In this document: in pieces, positions 20,042-30,158 of the stretch
Layout: each line of letters opens with the position of its first letter
Position numbering within the stretch: the stretch's first letter is position 1
Origin: Sedimentisphaeraceae bacterium JB056
GTDB lineage: Bacteria > Planctomycetota > Phycisphaerae > Sedimentisphaerales > Sedimentisphaeraceae
Direction of reading: 5' to 3'
Assembly: GCA_044440125.1 (NCBI GenBank)
Contig: JBITAJ010000008.1
Coordinates: 64,001 to 128,000 of the forward strand
DNA: 64,000 nt
The notes under the pieces: generated by a model
Databases searched by the model: none
Seen by the model: the letters and a program-made list of their open reading frames with translations, nothing else
Told to the model about the DNA's origin: nothing
Program-made: the position numbers and the translations under genes

Positions 20042-20485
20042 TCACTTAATTTCTTTGACATCAATTTTGCGAGGTGTTGCCTTTTCTGTCTTTGGCAATA
20101 TTACTTTTAGTACACCGTTAGACATTTCCGCAGAAATATTGTCAACATCAATATTTTCCGGCAGAGTCAGATCACGACGGAATGAGCCGTAATATCTTTC
20201 TGTATAGTTGTACTTGTCCTCTTTTTTCTCAGTGGTTTCTTTCTTCTCTCCACTTATAGAGAGTGTGTTGTTGTTGACTGTTATGTCGATATCTTTCATA
20301 CCGACACCAGGCAATTCTGCAAGTACTTCAAATTGATTGTCACGTTCTTCAATGTCTATGGCTGGGGCAAAACGCCTTGCATCATCAAAGGTGTCAAGTC
20401 CTCGCATAAACCGTCCGAAAAGCCTGTCAAAATCATCTCCCCACCTTGACATAGATCTGTTATTGTTGTTTCTTAATGCTAACAT
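20042..20485 (-). CDS. Small heat-shock protein Hsp20/alpha-crystallin
   Basis: PAIDIEE, AELPGV, ERYYGSFRR, NGVLKVILPK; ATG 20485 follows GGAAAGGTGAG. Confidence 0.93.
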   Translation of the reverse strand: MLALRNNNNRSMSRWGDDFDRLFGRFMRGLDTFDDARRFAPAIDIEERDNQFEVLAELPGVGMKDIDITVNNNTLSISGEKKETTEKKEDKYNYTERYYGSFRRDLTLPENIDVDNISAEMSNGVLKVILPKTEKATPRKIDVKEIK

Positions 20486-20582
20486 GATACTCACCTTTCC
20501 TTTCATAATTCAATACCTTAATCTCTATTAAATTACTCTATATCAAATTATTCCTTTGCATCACGTGCTGCATATATCATTA

Positions 20583-20599
20583 TGCAAAACCCGTGCCAA
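20583..20599 (-). promoter_or_regulatory. Sigma-54 (-24/-12) promoter of hsp20
   Basis: Minus strand TTGGCACGGGTTTTGCA, exact GG-N10-GC spacing, about 100 nt upstream of the start codon. Confidence 0.85.
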
Positions 20600-20749
20600 A
20601 AACAATACACAAACGTAATCACACCTACAGCAAGAACTTAGAGCTACGCCCGCTTTGAAATCAATAACATAAATTAAATTAAAATGTCAAAATGGCAGGT
20701 TTTTCGTCAAAATCAGTACTCTTTTTGCACCCCTTTTACCCTTTGTTAT

Positions 20750-20778
20750 TTGACTTCTATAGAAGTTTGTACTACAAT
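20750..20778 (+). promoter_or_regulatory. Sigma-70 promoter of uvrA
   Basis: TTGACT-N17-TACAAT 40 nt upstream of uvrA GTG. Confidence 0.65.
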
Positions 20779-20817
20779 CAATAGTTTGACTTTAATTAAA
20801 TATTTCAGGATAAAAAC

Positions 20818-23667
20818 GTGTCGAAGAAAGTAATAAAAATAACAGGGGCAGCAGAGCACAACCTCAAGAATATTGATGTTGAAATCCCCCGTGATGAGCT
20901 GGTTGTAATAACCGGCCTCAGCGGTTCAGGAAAAAGCTCTCTGGCTTTTGATACAATATACGCCGAGGGGCAAAGAAAATACGTAGAATCACTTAGTGCA
21001 TATGCGAGACAATTTCTTGAGCAGATGCAAAAGCCTAAAGTGGAGCATATAGAGGGTCTGCCCCCTACCATTGCAATTGAGCAGCGGCGTGCTTCAAGTA
21101 ACCCAAGATCTACGGTTGCAACAACAACGGAAATCTATGATTATTGCAGAGTTCTTTTTGCACGATCTGGTACTCCGCACTGCTGGATCTGCGGCAAGGA
21201 AATCTCAAGCCAAAGCTCCAGCTCAATAGTGGACTCAATATTAACCAATCCCAATGGCAGCCGACTTCAGATATGTGCTCCTGTAATTCGCGGTACTAAA
21301 GGCGAGCACAAAGATGCCATTGTTAAAATACAGCGGGAAGGGTTTGTGCGTGTACGGGTTGACGGCACTATATGTGACGTCAAAAATGTTCCTACACTTG
21401 ACAAAAATAAAAAGCATAATATCGCTGCCGTTGTTGACCGTGTGGTATTAAAAGACAATATACGCTCACGCCTTGCTGATTCGGTTGAAACTGCATTGAA
21501 ATTTGGCGACGGTTCGCTTTATATACTCTTGCAGAAAATCGATGAAGACGGCAAGGCCGGACAATGGCAGGAAATTGTTTACAGTGAGAAGTTTGCATGT
21601 GTCGACCATCCAGAGGCAAGTCTTGACGAAATATCGCCGCGTCTTTTCAGTTTCAATTCTCCCTATGGCGCATGTTCAGAATGTGATGGACTTGGAACAA
21701 TACTGGAATTCGACCCCGACCTTATCGTTCCTGACAAGGAGCTGTCACTTGAAAACGGGGCAATAGACGCGTGGCGCAAAGGCGGCAAGCGTATGAATAT
21801 ATTTTATAGCCGTTTGATAAATGACTTCTGTGAAAATTTTGGAATCAGCAAACAGTTGCCTTTCGATAAAATACCGGCTAAGATACAAAAGATTCTGATG
21901 TTCGGTACTGCTGCCAAAGATATCAAGAAATATGGTATGGATTTTGAAGGAGTCATACCGAATTTAAGCAGACGTTGGGAAAACACGACCAGCGAATACG
22001 TTAAAGCTCGTCTTCATAGTTATCTATCCGAGCAGCCTTGCAAAAAATGTAATGGCACGCGCCTGCGTCCAGAAGCATTAGCCGTAACAATAGGTGATAA
22101 AAATATTAGCGAAGTAACAGGAATGAGCATCATTGACGGTGCAGAATTCTTCAGCAATATCAAGTTTGACGAAGAAAAGACTTTGATCGCCGCACAACCA
22201 TTGAAGGAAATAAGGGCGAGATTGAAGTTTATGCTTGATGTAGGCCTTGGATACCTCACACTCGACAGGAACAGCGGCACGCTTTCCGGCGGCGAAGCTC
22301 AGCGAATAAGACTCGCTACACAGGTGGGAAGCGGGCTTGTGGGCTGTTGTTACGTTCTTGATGAACCGACTATAGGTTTGCATCGCCGTGATAACGACAG
22401 GCTCATAAGTATTCTCAGACGACTCACTGACATAGGCAACACTGTGGTTGTAGTCGAGCATGATGAGGATGTGATAGAACAAGCTGACCACGTGATAGAT
22501 ATTGGACCGGCAGCAGGCCTGCACGGCGGCGAACTTGTCGCTCAAGGAAGCCTGGACGACATCTGCAAATGCCGCCGTTCAATTACAGGACAGTATATGA
22601 GCGGCAAAAACAAGATAGAGATGCCCAAGAAAAGGCGTCCCTATAGCCTTAATAAAGTAATTGAGGTACGTAAAGCCGAAGAAAATAACCTGAGAGGAAT
22701 AGATGTCAAATTCCCAGTAGGCGTACTCACGTGTGTCACAGGCGTCTCTGGATCAGGGAAAAGTACCTTGGTTACAGAAATCCTTCTAAAAGCACTGAAA
22801 AGAAAAATAAACTCATCGAAAGACAGGCCGGGAAAACATAAAAATGTAGTAGGCCTTTCGTATATTGACAAAATCATTGAAATAGATCAGTCACCCATTG
22901 GGCGTACTCCTCGAAGCAACCCTGCAACATATACAGGTGTTTTTGACCTTATAAGGCAAGTATTCGCGCAAACTCGCGAAGCCAGAATACGCGGTTATAA
23001 ACCGGGCAGATTCAGCTTCAATGTTAAAGGAGGAAGATGCGAATATTGCCAGGGACAGGGAACTAAAAAAATAGAAATGCATTTTCTGCCTGATGTATAC
23101 GTAACCTGCCAGAGCTGTAAAGGGACGCGATATAATCCTGAGACGCTGGAAATACGGTATAAAGGACTGAATATTGCCGAAATTCTTGATATGCGTATAC
23201 AGGATGCTCAACGATTCTTCTCAAGCTTCCCCAAGATATCACGACAACTTCAGGCTTTGTCGAATGTAGGTCTTGGGTATATGAAGCTTGGCCAGGCCTC
23301 TACAACTCTCTCTGGCGGCGAAGCTCAAAGGGTCAAGCTCGCTTCAGAGCTTGGAAAACCCAATACCGGCCATACAATGTACATACTTGATGAGCCGACA
23401 ACCGGACTGCATTTTGCCGATATACATAATCTGTTGAATGTTGTACAGACATTAACCGACATGGGCAATACTATAGTAATTATAGAACACAATCTTGATG
23501 TTATAAAAATAGCCGACTATATCATCGACATGGGCCCGGAAGGCGGTATAGGCGGCGGTACCGTTGTTGCCAAGGGGACTCCTGAGGAAGTTTCGCAAAT
23601 CAAAGGGAGTTATACAGGCAAATACTTGAAAGAAAAACTTTTGGCAGATTCGCAAAAAAATAGATAA
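20818..23667 (+). CDS. uvrA: Excinuclease ABC subunit A
   Basis: Two ABC domains ([26 protein letters not shown] x2), Zn fingers, [12 protein letters not shown]. Confidence 0.98.
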   Translation: MSKKVIKITGAAEHNLKNIDVEIPRDELVVITGLSGSGKSSLAFDTIYAEGQRKYVESLSAYARQFLEQMQKPKVEHIEGLPPTIAIEQRRASSNPRSTVATTTEIYDYCRVLFARSGTPHCWICGKEISSQSSSSIVDSILTNPNGSRLQICAPVIRGTKGEHKDAIVKIQREGFVRVRVDGTICDVKNVPTLDKNKKHNIAAVVDRVVLKDNIRSRLADSVETALKFGDGSLYILLQKIDEDGKAGQWQEIVYSEKFACVDHPEASLDEISPRLFSFNSPYGACSECDGLGTILEFDPDLIVPDKELSLENGAIDAWRKGGKRMNIFYSRLINDFCENFGISKQLPFDKIPAKIQKILMFGTAAKDIKKYGMDFEGVIPNLSRRWENTTSEYVKARLHSYLSEQPCKKCNGTRLRPEALAVTIGDKNISEVTGMSIIDGAEFFSNIKFDEEKTLIAAQPLKEIRARLKFMLDVGLGYLTLDRNSGTLSGGEAQRIRLATQVGSGLVGCCYVLDEPTIGLHRRDNDRLISILRRLTDIGNTVVVVEHDEDVIEQADHVIDIGPAAGLHGGELVAQGSLDDICKCRRSITGQYMSGKNKIEMPKKRRPYSLNKVIEVRKAEENNLRGIDVKFPVGVLTCVTGVSGSGKSTLVTEILLKALKRKINSSKDRPGKHKNVVGLSYIDKIIEIDQSPIGRTPRSNPATYTGVFDLIRQVFAQTREARIRGYKPGRFSFNVKGGRCEYCQGQGTKKIEMHFLPDVYVTCQSCKGTRYNPETLEIRYKGLNIAEILDMRIQDAQRFFSSFPKISRQLQALSNVGLGYMKLGQASTTLSGGEAQRVKLASELGKPNTGHTMYILDEPTTGLHFADIHNLLNVVQTLTDMGNTIVIIEHNLDVIKIADYIIDMGPEGGIGGGTVVAKGTPEEVSQIKGSYTGKYLKEKLLADSQKNR

Positions 23668-23784
23668 TAGAGAGCAATTTAGTATTTCAGATGGGAAAAA
23701 ACTAAAAAATCCTTGATTTTTCCTGAATTTCTTATAACCTATTGCCTCTATGATATTAACCGTATAATTAGTTTGGAGATAATA

Positions 23785-23865
23785 ATGGCTAAACCGAGAC
23801 GCAGAAGAAAAGTCGGCAGTAAAAAGAGAAAAGCACGCTGGAAAGTAAGAAACAAGGTTTCTTGA
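23785..23865 (+). CDS. Small basic protein MAKPRRRRKVGSKKRKARWKVRNKVS (26 aa), candidate small ribosomal protein
   Basis: GGAG SD 6 nt before ATG; TATAAT upstream; fills intergenic gap; hairpin terminator downstream; not in ORF track. Confidence 0.7.
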   Translation: MAKPRRRRKVGSKKRKARWKVRNKVS

Positions 23866-23885
23866 TCTTGCTGCCTTAAGCGTTT

Positions 23886-23937
23886 TAAGTTTTTTGCGAT
23901 GCTAAATCCAAGTATTTGATAACGCAGAAAGCTTTTT
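23886..23937 (+). terminator. Probable terminator between the small basic ORF and convergent cvpA-like gene
   Basis: AAGTTTTTTGCG...CGCAGAAAGCTT inverted repeat followed by T-run. Confidence 0.5.
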
Positions 23938-24559
23938 AAGGCGATTGGCTCGACCAGTCGCCTTTTTTTGTTTGCGCAGAAATATCCTCAGAAACAATAT
24001 CCTGCTTTTTCAATTCTGCGTTTTCTTCAGTATTCTCAAGCCAACTATATATTTTTCCGGCCTGTCCATCATCTTCCTGGAGTGACAGCAACTCTAAGAC
24101 ATTGCATATCATATCAACTTTACATCTTGAACACAGCAGCAAATTTGCCTGTTTTTCATCGCAACTTTTCAGATACGAATTTCCTACAGGTGTAATAAAA
24201 AAGGTATACACCAAGAACCAAAGTACAATATACCCACTGATAAAACCAAACAAACCTGAGCCAATTTTCTCAAAATATTTTGGCAGTGCAGGAGCAGGAT
24301 AATCAGAAAACAAATGCACATTAAGTATTTCAAGTATAACAAGAAGCAAAGCTGCAGTCAGAAACAATACACCTACTTTAGCCCATTGATTAGGCAATGT
24401 ATTGGGCGAATATTTACCGATAATAGTAACGGTCATTATACCAAGATAAACTGATATCATTACATTAAACATACACACCCATGCGGCCAGAACGCCTCTT
24501 CTTATTCCCCAGAAGCACCCTACCAAACCAAATATTAAAGCTGCTATGGTTATCCACAT
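23936..24559 (-). CDS. CvpA (colicin V production) family membrane protein
   Basis: Four TM segments, GIRRG near N-terminus, KIGSGLFGFISG. Confidence 0.65.
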   Translation of the reverse strand: MWITIAALIFGLVGCFWGIRRGVLAAWVCMFNVMISVYLGIMTVTIIGKYSPNTLPNQWAKVGVLFLTAALLLVILEILNVHLFSDYPAPALPKYFEKIGSGLFGFISGYIVLWFLVYTFFITPVGNSYLKSCDEKQANLLLCSRCKVDMICNVLELLSLQEDDGQAGKIYSWLENTEENAELKKQDIVSEDISAQTKKGDWSSQSP

Positions 24560-24569
24560 ATCAAAACAC

Positions 24570-26108
24570 CTACCCTATTCCCTTAACTTCATTATACGAG
24601 GTAATACCACGCAATACCTTTTTCATCGCTTCTTTGTGAAGCCTTGATTTTATATTTTTAGAAGCAATATCTCTAAGCTGGTCAGGAGAGACATGCTCAA
24701 GACATGTTATATTCGCTTTGACATCCTCTGTTATCTTCAAAACATCAAATATCGCAACTCGTCCTGAATACCCGGTATTACGACATTTCTCACACCCGTT
24801 AGGTTTCATTATTCCAGTAACGTTGATGCCACGATTTTTAAGCATAATCTCTTTATCCGCAGGCAATTTGGCAGGACTTTTGCAATGTTCACAAAGTTTT
24901 CTCACAAGTCGTTGTGATATAATCATATCAATCGCATCAGCAAGCATAACAGGCCTTATGCCAAGATCTATCAGACGCAATATCGAAGTAAGATTGTCGC
25001 CACTGTGAATCGTCCCAAGTACAAGATGTCCGGTATGTGATGCCTGAACTGCTATTTGAGCCGTTTCATTATCCCTTATTTCTCCAATAGTTATAACGTC
25101 CGGATCTTGCCTGAGGATACCGCGAAGCGTACTTGCAAATGTAATACCTGCTTTTGTATTTATCTCAATCTGACTTATTCCCGGGATCTGGTACTCTACC
25201 GGATCCTCAACTGTAATTATGTTTCTTTCAGCATTGTTTATCGATGCCAACATTGAATAGAGCGAAGTAGTCTTTCCACTCCCAGTTGGCCCGCACACAA
25301 TTATCATACCAGACTGTTTCGATATTACTGTTTGTACGTCTTTTAATGTATTTTTCGAAAGGCCGATCTCATCAAGTTCAAGCATTTTTGCAAACACATT
25401 AAGCACACGTATTGAAAGCTTCTCCCCATTAACTACACCAGCACTTGCAACTCTGAATGCGGCACTTCCATCGCCTAACTTGGCCGTAAAGGCGCCATCC
25501 TGAGGTCTTCGCTTCTCTGATATGTCCATGCTTGAAAGGGCTTTTATACTGCTTATTACTGCGGTCCCAACATCAAGCGGCATCTCCCTAACTTTCTGCA
25601 ATTTCCCATCAAGCCTAAATCTCACAGAATAAGATTCTAAATCAGGGTCTATAAGTATGTCACTTGCTGAATCTTCCAGAGCTTCCCATATGATTGTTTC
25701 GGCAAGCCTTACTACACCGCTCAGATCAGAAGATTTTTTACTGCTTGTATATATATCCTCAATATCACGTCCCGAACTGTTCAATAGACTTATATTTACC
25801 GGATCAATATTTTCATAAACTGTCTTCTTACCTTTTACTTTCCATATATTACTGCTGAATATTTCTGCCCAAATTTCTGAAAACCCTAATTTTTTAGTAT
25901 AGACCTTGCGTGTAATCTGAACTGCATATACACCAAAAATAACAAATGGACCAAAAAGAAGTGTAAGAACATTTAACCACGGCCGTAAAGAAATGTCCAT
26001 TAGTCGGCTATTATTAAAATAATACACACAAAACAGACAAAAATATAGCCAGACGCAGAATAATGCGACTTTAACTGCATGCAGTATTAACAATCCTTCG
26101 TAATTCAA
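24570..26108 (-). CDS. GspE/PilB-family secretion ATPase with N-terminal membrane segments
   Basis: ASDI, EKRRPQDG, GPTGSGKTTSLY, TVEDPVE, LRQDPDV, GEIRD, two CxxC, GYSGR; TTG start after GGAG. Confidence 0.9.
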   Translation of the reverse strand: MNYEGLLILHAVKVALFCVWLYFCLFCVYYFNNSRLMDISLRPWLNVLTLLFGPFVIFGVYAVQITRKVYTKKLGFSEIWAEIFSSNIWKVKGKKTVYENIDPVNISLLNSSGRDIEDIYTSSKKSSDLSGVVRLAETIIWEALEDSASDILIDPDLESYSVRFRLDGKLQKVREMPLDVGTAVISSIKALSSMDISEKRRPQDGAFTAKLGDGSAAFRVASAGVVNGEKLSIRVLNVFAKMLELDEIGLSKNTLKDVQTVISKQSGMIIVCGPTGSGKTTSLYSMLASINNAERNIITVEDPVEYQIPGISQIEINTKAGITFASTLRGILRQDPDVITIGEIRDNETAQIAVQASHTGHLVLGTIHSGDNLTSILRLIDLGIRPVMLADAIDMIISQRLVRKLCEHCKSPAKLPADKEIMLKNRGINVTGIMKPNGCEKCRNTGYSGRVAIFDVLKITEDVKANITCLEHVSPDQLRDIASKNIKSRLHKEAMKKVLRGITSYNEVKGIG

Positions 26109-26285
26109 AATCTCTCCTTAACCAATTGGCAATGTATAAACATAACCACTGCAAAAACACTATAACTCTACCTTAGCATTCTATTAAATCTAATTACCTA
26201 AATCAAGCAATATATTCAAAGTTACAATGTAAAAAGTAAAAAAAACTATATAAATCCGGCAGGTTTTAGTATATAGATGAGAAAT

Positions 26286-26789
26286 TTATCGAATATTCTT
26301 TTTCTTAACGCCAAGCAGGACTGCAGAAAAATCGAATATTTGCCATAGGAAGGCACCAATCAATGCTGTATAAACAGAGCTTAATGGAATGGCTAAATAT
26401 GGTTTGGCTATGTGCTGGCCTATCTTGAACGCATTAAGCGTATCAATTATCGCCATAATACAGACACTAATAAGAAATATTGCAAAAATCCTATTTCGAA
26501 CACGGTCCATTAACAAGACATCTCTCATAGCTGAAAATGACACACCCACAATACCGTAAGCAATCATTGCCGGCCCCATCGTGGAACCTGATATATCAGC
26601 CATAAAGCCTATCATGAAAGATGCTATTATAGCATCCCGTCGATCAGAAATGTAAGCAAAGAACGCAAGAGCCGCAACAAGAAGATCCGGTCTTATATCA
26701 AGAGAACTTATAGTAATAAGCTCCATTACACTGCCGGCATTTATAAGTGTTACAACAAGCACAGTAACTACGAAGTTGATCCATTTCAT
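26286..26789 (-). CDS. mreD: Rod shape-determining protein MreD
   Basis: Hydrophobic; RPDLL and GFMADI motifs; ATGA overlap downstream of mreC. Confidence 0.85.
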   Translation of the reverse strand: MKWINFVVTVLVVTLINAGSVMELITISSLDIRPDLLVAALAFFAYISDRRDAIIASFMIGFMADISGSTMGPAMIAYGIVGVSFSAMRDVLLMDRVRNRIFAIFLISVCIMAIIDTLNAFKIGQHIAKPYLAIPLSSVYTALIGAFLWQIFDFSAVLLGVKKKNIR

Positions 26790-27610
26790 TGACTGCCCTC
26801 CATGACCGTCTCCATAACAACTACAGCCACCTCTTCAAGTTTGTCATAATCGATAGGCTGATAACCGCTTATGTCCCAGAGTAGTGGATTTTCTTTGTCG
26901 GCTTGAACAACTTTTATCTCTCCTACATATCGTGGAGTATCAAGGTATCGCGGATCAGGTGATGCATAAACAAGATCGCCCGGTTTTATGTCAAACTCGC
27001 GAGAAACCAGCGGTATCTTAAATGCATTAACTCCGTCTCCTTTAATATTTGCCCTTATATAATCGTTCGCATTATCACGCATTATACGAACTTCAAGACT
27101 ATGGCTATTATTTACAACAAGGGTAACACGTGCTGTTGCTGTTGATACTTCCGAGACGGTACCGATAACCACGCCGTCACTCATAACATATTGCCCTGCT
27201 CGTACCCCATCAAGAGCCCCGCGGCTTATCAGTAGGAAATGCCCCTGCTCTTTTCTGATTATCTTGGCAGCGACAAGACCCGCACCAGACTTAGGCAAAT
27301 ACGACCTGTATTTTGCCATCTTTTCGAGCCTTTCATGTTCTTCAAGGAGATCTGCGTAGATATTCTTATATGCTGCCCAGAGACGGTTATACTCTTGACG
27401 AGAAACCCATTCACTTCCTGGACTTTGGCTGCTCAAAAGCTCCTCTGGCAAATCTATCCTTAAGCTTATAACGGGACTGAAAAGTTCAATAAAAAAAGAA
27501 TTGAGATTATTAGTAATTTGATGCGGCAGTATCAGGATGGCTATAGATACCATCAGGAAACCTGTAAATAAAGACGTATTGTTTGCCTTAAGTCCTTGCC
27601 GTGCCATCAT
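26786..27610 (-). CDS. mreC: Rod shape-determining protein MreC
   Basis: N-terminal TM, short coiled coil, ISRGALDGV..G, VIGTV; between mreB and mreD. Confidence 0.85.
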   Translation of the reverse strand: MMARQGLKANNTSLFTGFLMVSIAILILPHQITNNLNSFFIELFSPVISLRIDLPEELLSSQSPGSEWVSRQEYNRLWAAYKNIYADLLEEHERLEKMAKYRSYLPKSGAGLVAAKIIRKEQGHFLLISRGALDGVRAGQYVMSDGVVIGTVSEVSTATARVTLVVNNSHSLEVRIMRDNANDYIRANIKGDGVNAFKIPLVSREFDIKPGDLVYASPDPRYLDTPRYVGEIKVVQADKENPLLWDISGYQPIDYDKLEEVAVVVMETVMEGSQ

Positions 27611-27645
27611 TACTCGCTAACTAACTTGTGAGTAAACCATTGATA

Positions 27646-28701
27646 TTAATCCCATGAGTAGTTATTCTTGTCGATTGTATCTTTCCACTGATCAAGCTGT
27701 TCAAGATAAATACAAGTGCCTCTTGCAACACATGTTAGAGGATCTTCAACTACAACAACATCCAATCCTGTCGCATTACCAAGAACCCTGTCCATGCCAC
27801 GTAAGAGAGCTCCGCCACCGCAAAGATGAATACCATTGTCAATAAGATCGGCAGCCAATTCAGGCTCAGCTCGCTCAAGTGTACGAGTTACACATTCAAT
27901 TATTGAAGAAACAGGCTCTTTCAATGCCTCACGAATCTCTTCACTTGTTATTACAATCTTCCTCGGCAAGCCTGATATTGTGTCACGTCCCGCAATCTCC
28001 ATGGTAAGCTCTTCCTCAAGATTTGCCGCAGAACCAAGCTGAATTTTGACCCTTTCAGCCCTTGATTCACCAATAAGCAGATTATAGGTTCGCTTAAGAT
28101 GTGTCACTATAGCTTCATCAAAATTATCACCGCCAACTTTGAGACTTGTACAAGTACTTATACCCGAAAGTGACATAATAGCAACCTCAGTAGTACCTCC
28201 ACCAATATCTACCACCATTGAAGCTGTTGGCTCACTTATTGGGAGTCCAGCACCAATACCGGCTGCCATTGGCTCAGGTACGAGAAATACTTCACGTGCA
28301 CCTGCACGCTCTGCACTGTCAATAACAGCTCTTCTCTCTACTGCAGTTATCCCACTTGGAACAGATATGACCACACGAGGCTTTATAAGATTGCCGCGAC
28401 CGTGTATTTTACGAATGAAGTAGCCAAGCATCGCTTCGGTGACTTCAAAATCACTAATGACACCATCTTTCATAGGACGAATAGCTGTTATAGAGCCGGG
28501 AGTCTTACCAAGCATATCCTTGGCAACAAGGCCAACAGCCTCTCCATTATTGAGTACCTTATTAGTACCTTTTTCAACTGCTACAACAGAAGGCTCGTTA
28601 AGCTTTATACCCTCACCCCTAACGGTAACAAGAGTATTACAGGTACCGAGATCAATACCCATATCCGTACTAAACCAGCCAAGTATTGAGTCAAGTATCA
28701 C
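27646..28701 (-). CDS. mreB: Rod shape-determining protein MreB
   Basis: GIDLGTCNT, NEPSVVA, RPMKDGVI, DIGGGTTEVA, GGGALLRG. Confidence 0.97.
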   Translation of the reverse strand: MILDSILGWFSTDMGIDLGTCNTLVTVRGEGIKLNEPSVVAVEKGTNKVLNNGEAVGLVAKDMLGKTPGSITAIRPMKDGVISDFEVTEAMLGYFIRKIHGRGNLIKPRVVISVPSGITAVERRAVIDSAERAGAREVFLVPEPMAAGIGAGLPISEPTASMVVDIGGGTTEVAIMSLSGISTCTSLKVGGDNFDEAIVTHLKRTYNLLIGESRAERVKIQLGSAANLEEELTMEIAGRDTISGLPRKIVITSEEIREALKEPVSSIIECVTRTLERAEPELAADLIDNGIHLCGGGALLRGMDRVLGNATGLDVVVVEDPLTCVARGTCIYLEQLDQWKDTIDKNNYSWD

Positions 28702-28811
28702 AATGATTCCTTTCAGTCAAGATTCAGAACTACACCCGCCTGCCGTAAAATCCTTAACAGGTTACAAAACTAAACATATAACAACCAATATTCAGTATTA
28801 TACTAAATTAT

Positions 28812-28854
28812 AACAAACAAAACGACACGAACAGCGCAAGGCTACCCGTGTCGT
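28812..28854 (-). terminator. Intrinsic terminator upstream of mreB
   Basis: Minus strand ACGACACGGGTAGC-CTTGC-GCTGTTCGTGTCGT then TTTGTTTGTT. Confidence 0.75.
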
Positions 28855-28874
28855 GGTAAAAAACATCTTATAAG

Positions 28875-29024
28875 TTACCCGGCTATCGAAAAGATAGTGC
28901 CAAATTGCTGCATACATACCATTGCTACGTATACAGAAGTCGCAATTACCGACAATGTAGCCAATGCCAGCATCGCAGTATAGATATTGTTGCCGGCTGA
29001 GTTTTTGGGTTGTTTCTTTGCCAT
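28875..29024 (-). CDS. Small single-pass membrane protein (49 aa) MAKKQPKNSAGNNIYTAMLALATLSVIATSVYVAMVCMQQFGTIFSIAG
   Basis: GGAGAG SD; ATG 13 nt after upstream stop; basic N-terminus plus hydrophobic helix; followed by terminator; not in ORF track. Confidence 0.8.
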   Translation of the reverse strand: MAKKQPKNSAGNNIYTAMLALATLSVIATSVYVAMVCMQQFGTIFSIAG

Positions 29025-29037
29025 TATTCTCTCCAGC

Positions 29038-29877
29038 TTACAGTGTATTTGAAACAGTATCGCCTGTTTTAGGTTCAGCTTTCTTGAGCTCTATGACTCC
29101 AGCTGCAACATCAGTGTCAACATCTGTTATAACTATATCACAGATAAAAGTAGTGCCGCGTGTAACGTGGAATTTCATACCTTCCTTTACACCGTCACTG
29201 CTACCTATACTTACTGACACAAGATTTTCAGAAACTTCTGACACAAGGCCTGTTATATTTGCATAAGCTGATTGAGCAGTTGCTGCTGTCGCAGCGCTTT
29301 TAACCTGGGTAACGATATTATCGGCAGCGTTTTTGACCTGATCTTCCAGTGCAGCGAGCTGTTCCTGTAATCTTCTCTTCTCTGCCTTAAGAGCGTTAAG
29401 CATTACGATGTGCTCATCAAGTGATGTCGTCATTTCGTTAAGCTTACCGCCAAGTTTGATGTTCTTGGCCTGCTCATCGGAAAGCATCTGACGGGTTGCC
29501 TGAAGAGACTTTTCCATATCAGCAATTGTCTGCTCGAAACTCTTTACAACACCTGACCAACTGTTTACTCTGTCCTGCCACTTTACAGCTGTATGCTGAG
29601 CGTTGGTAAGATCAATAACCAATTGACTCTTATCTTCTTCCATTGTAGCAAGCTTATCCTTAAGCTCAGAGAGCTGCTTATCTGCTTCAAGCTGTACTTC
29701 ATTAGCTCTTGCGGTTGCAACATTCTTGCTTGACTGAAGAACCTTATAATCACTTTGCAGTTTATCATATTTTGCTTTAACATTATTTGTGCTGGCAACA
29801 TATGAAACTACCGCACCGCAAAGAAAAATACTTGCCAGAGACAATAGTACAGTTAGAATTTTGGTAAAAGCACTCAA
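29038..29877 (-). CDS. Membrane-anchored coiled-coil protein with C-terminal beta domain
   Basis: Likely TTG start at 29877 after GGAG; N-terminal TM, long heptad region, C-terminal SIGSSDGVKEG beta domain. Confidence 0.7.
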   Translation of the reverse strand: MSAFTKILTVLLSLASIFLCGAVVSYVASTNNVKAKYDKLQSDYKVLQSSKNVATARANEVQLEADKQLSELKDKLATMEEDKSQLVIDLTNAQHTAVKWQDRVNSWSGVVKSFEQTIADMEKSLQATRQMLSDEQAKNIKLGGKLNEMTTSLDEHIVMLNALKAEKRRLQEQLAALEDQVKNAADNIVTQVKSAATAATAQSAYANITGLVSEVSENLVSVSIGSSDGVKEGMKFHVTRGTTFICDIVITDVDTDVAAGVIELKKAEPKTGDTVSNTL

Positions 29878-30158
29878 AGTATTTACTCCTATTACATTTA
29901 TTATAACATTATATATACGGGGCATAAACCCCAACTCACGCAGTACAAACCACAGTACCACAGGATTGACAAGATTTTACGTCTCAGATAGCCTCAGGTC
30001 AAGAGATTTTTAATATTACATAGTAAAAAATAGACTATTTAGCAATAAACCTCTGCTGAAACCAGAAAAACACAAGATATACTTACTCCAAATCATCCAA
30101 AAGTAATTTGTATATTCGATTTTTGCACCCTTTATCAAAATCTTCGGACGATTATAAA

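Noticed and set aside
28884..28904. TTGGCAC upstream of mreB as a sigma-54 promoter
   Set aside because: No TTGC at -12, and it lies inside the 49-aa small ORF
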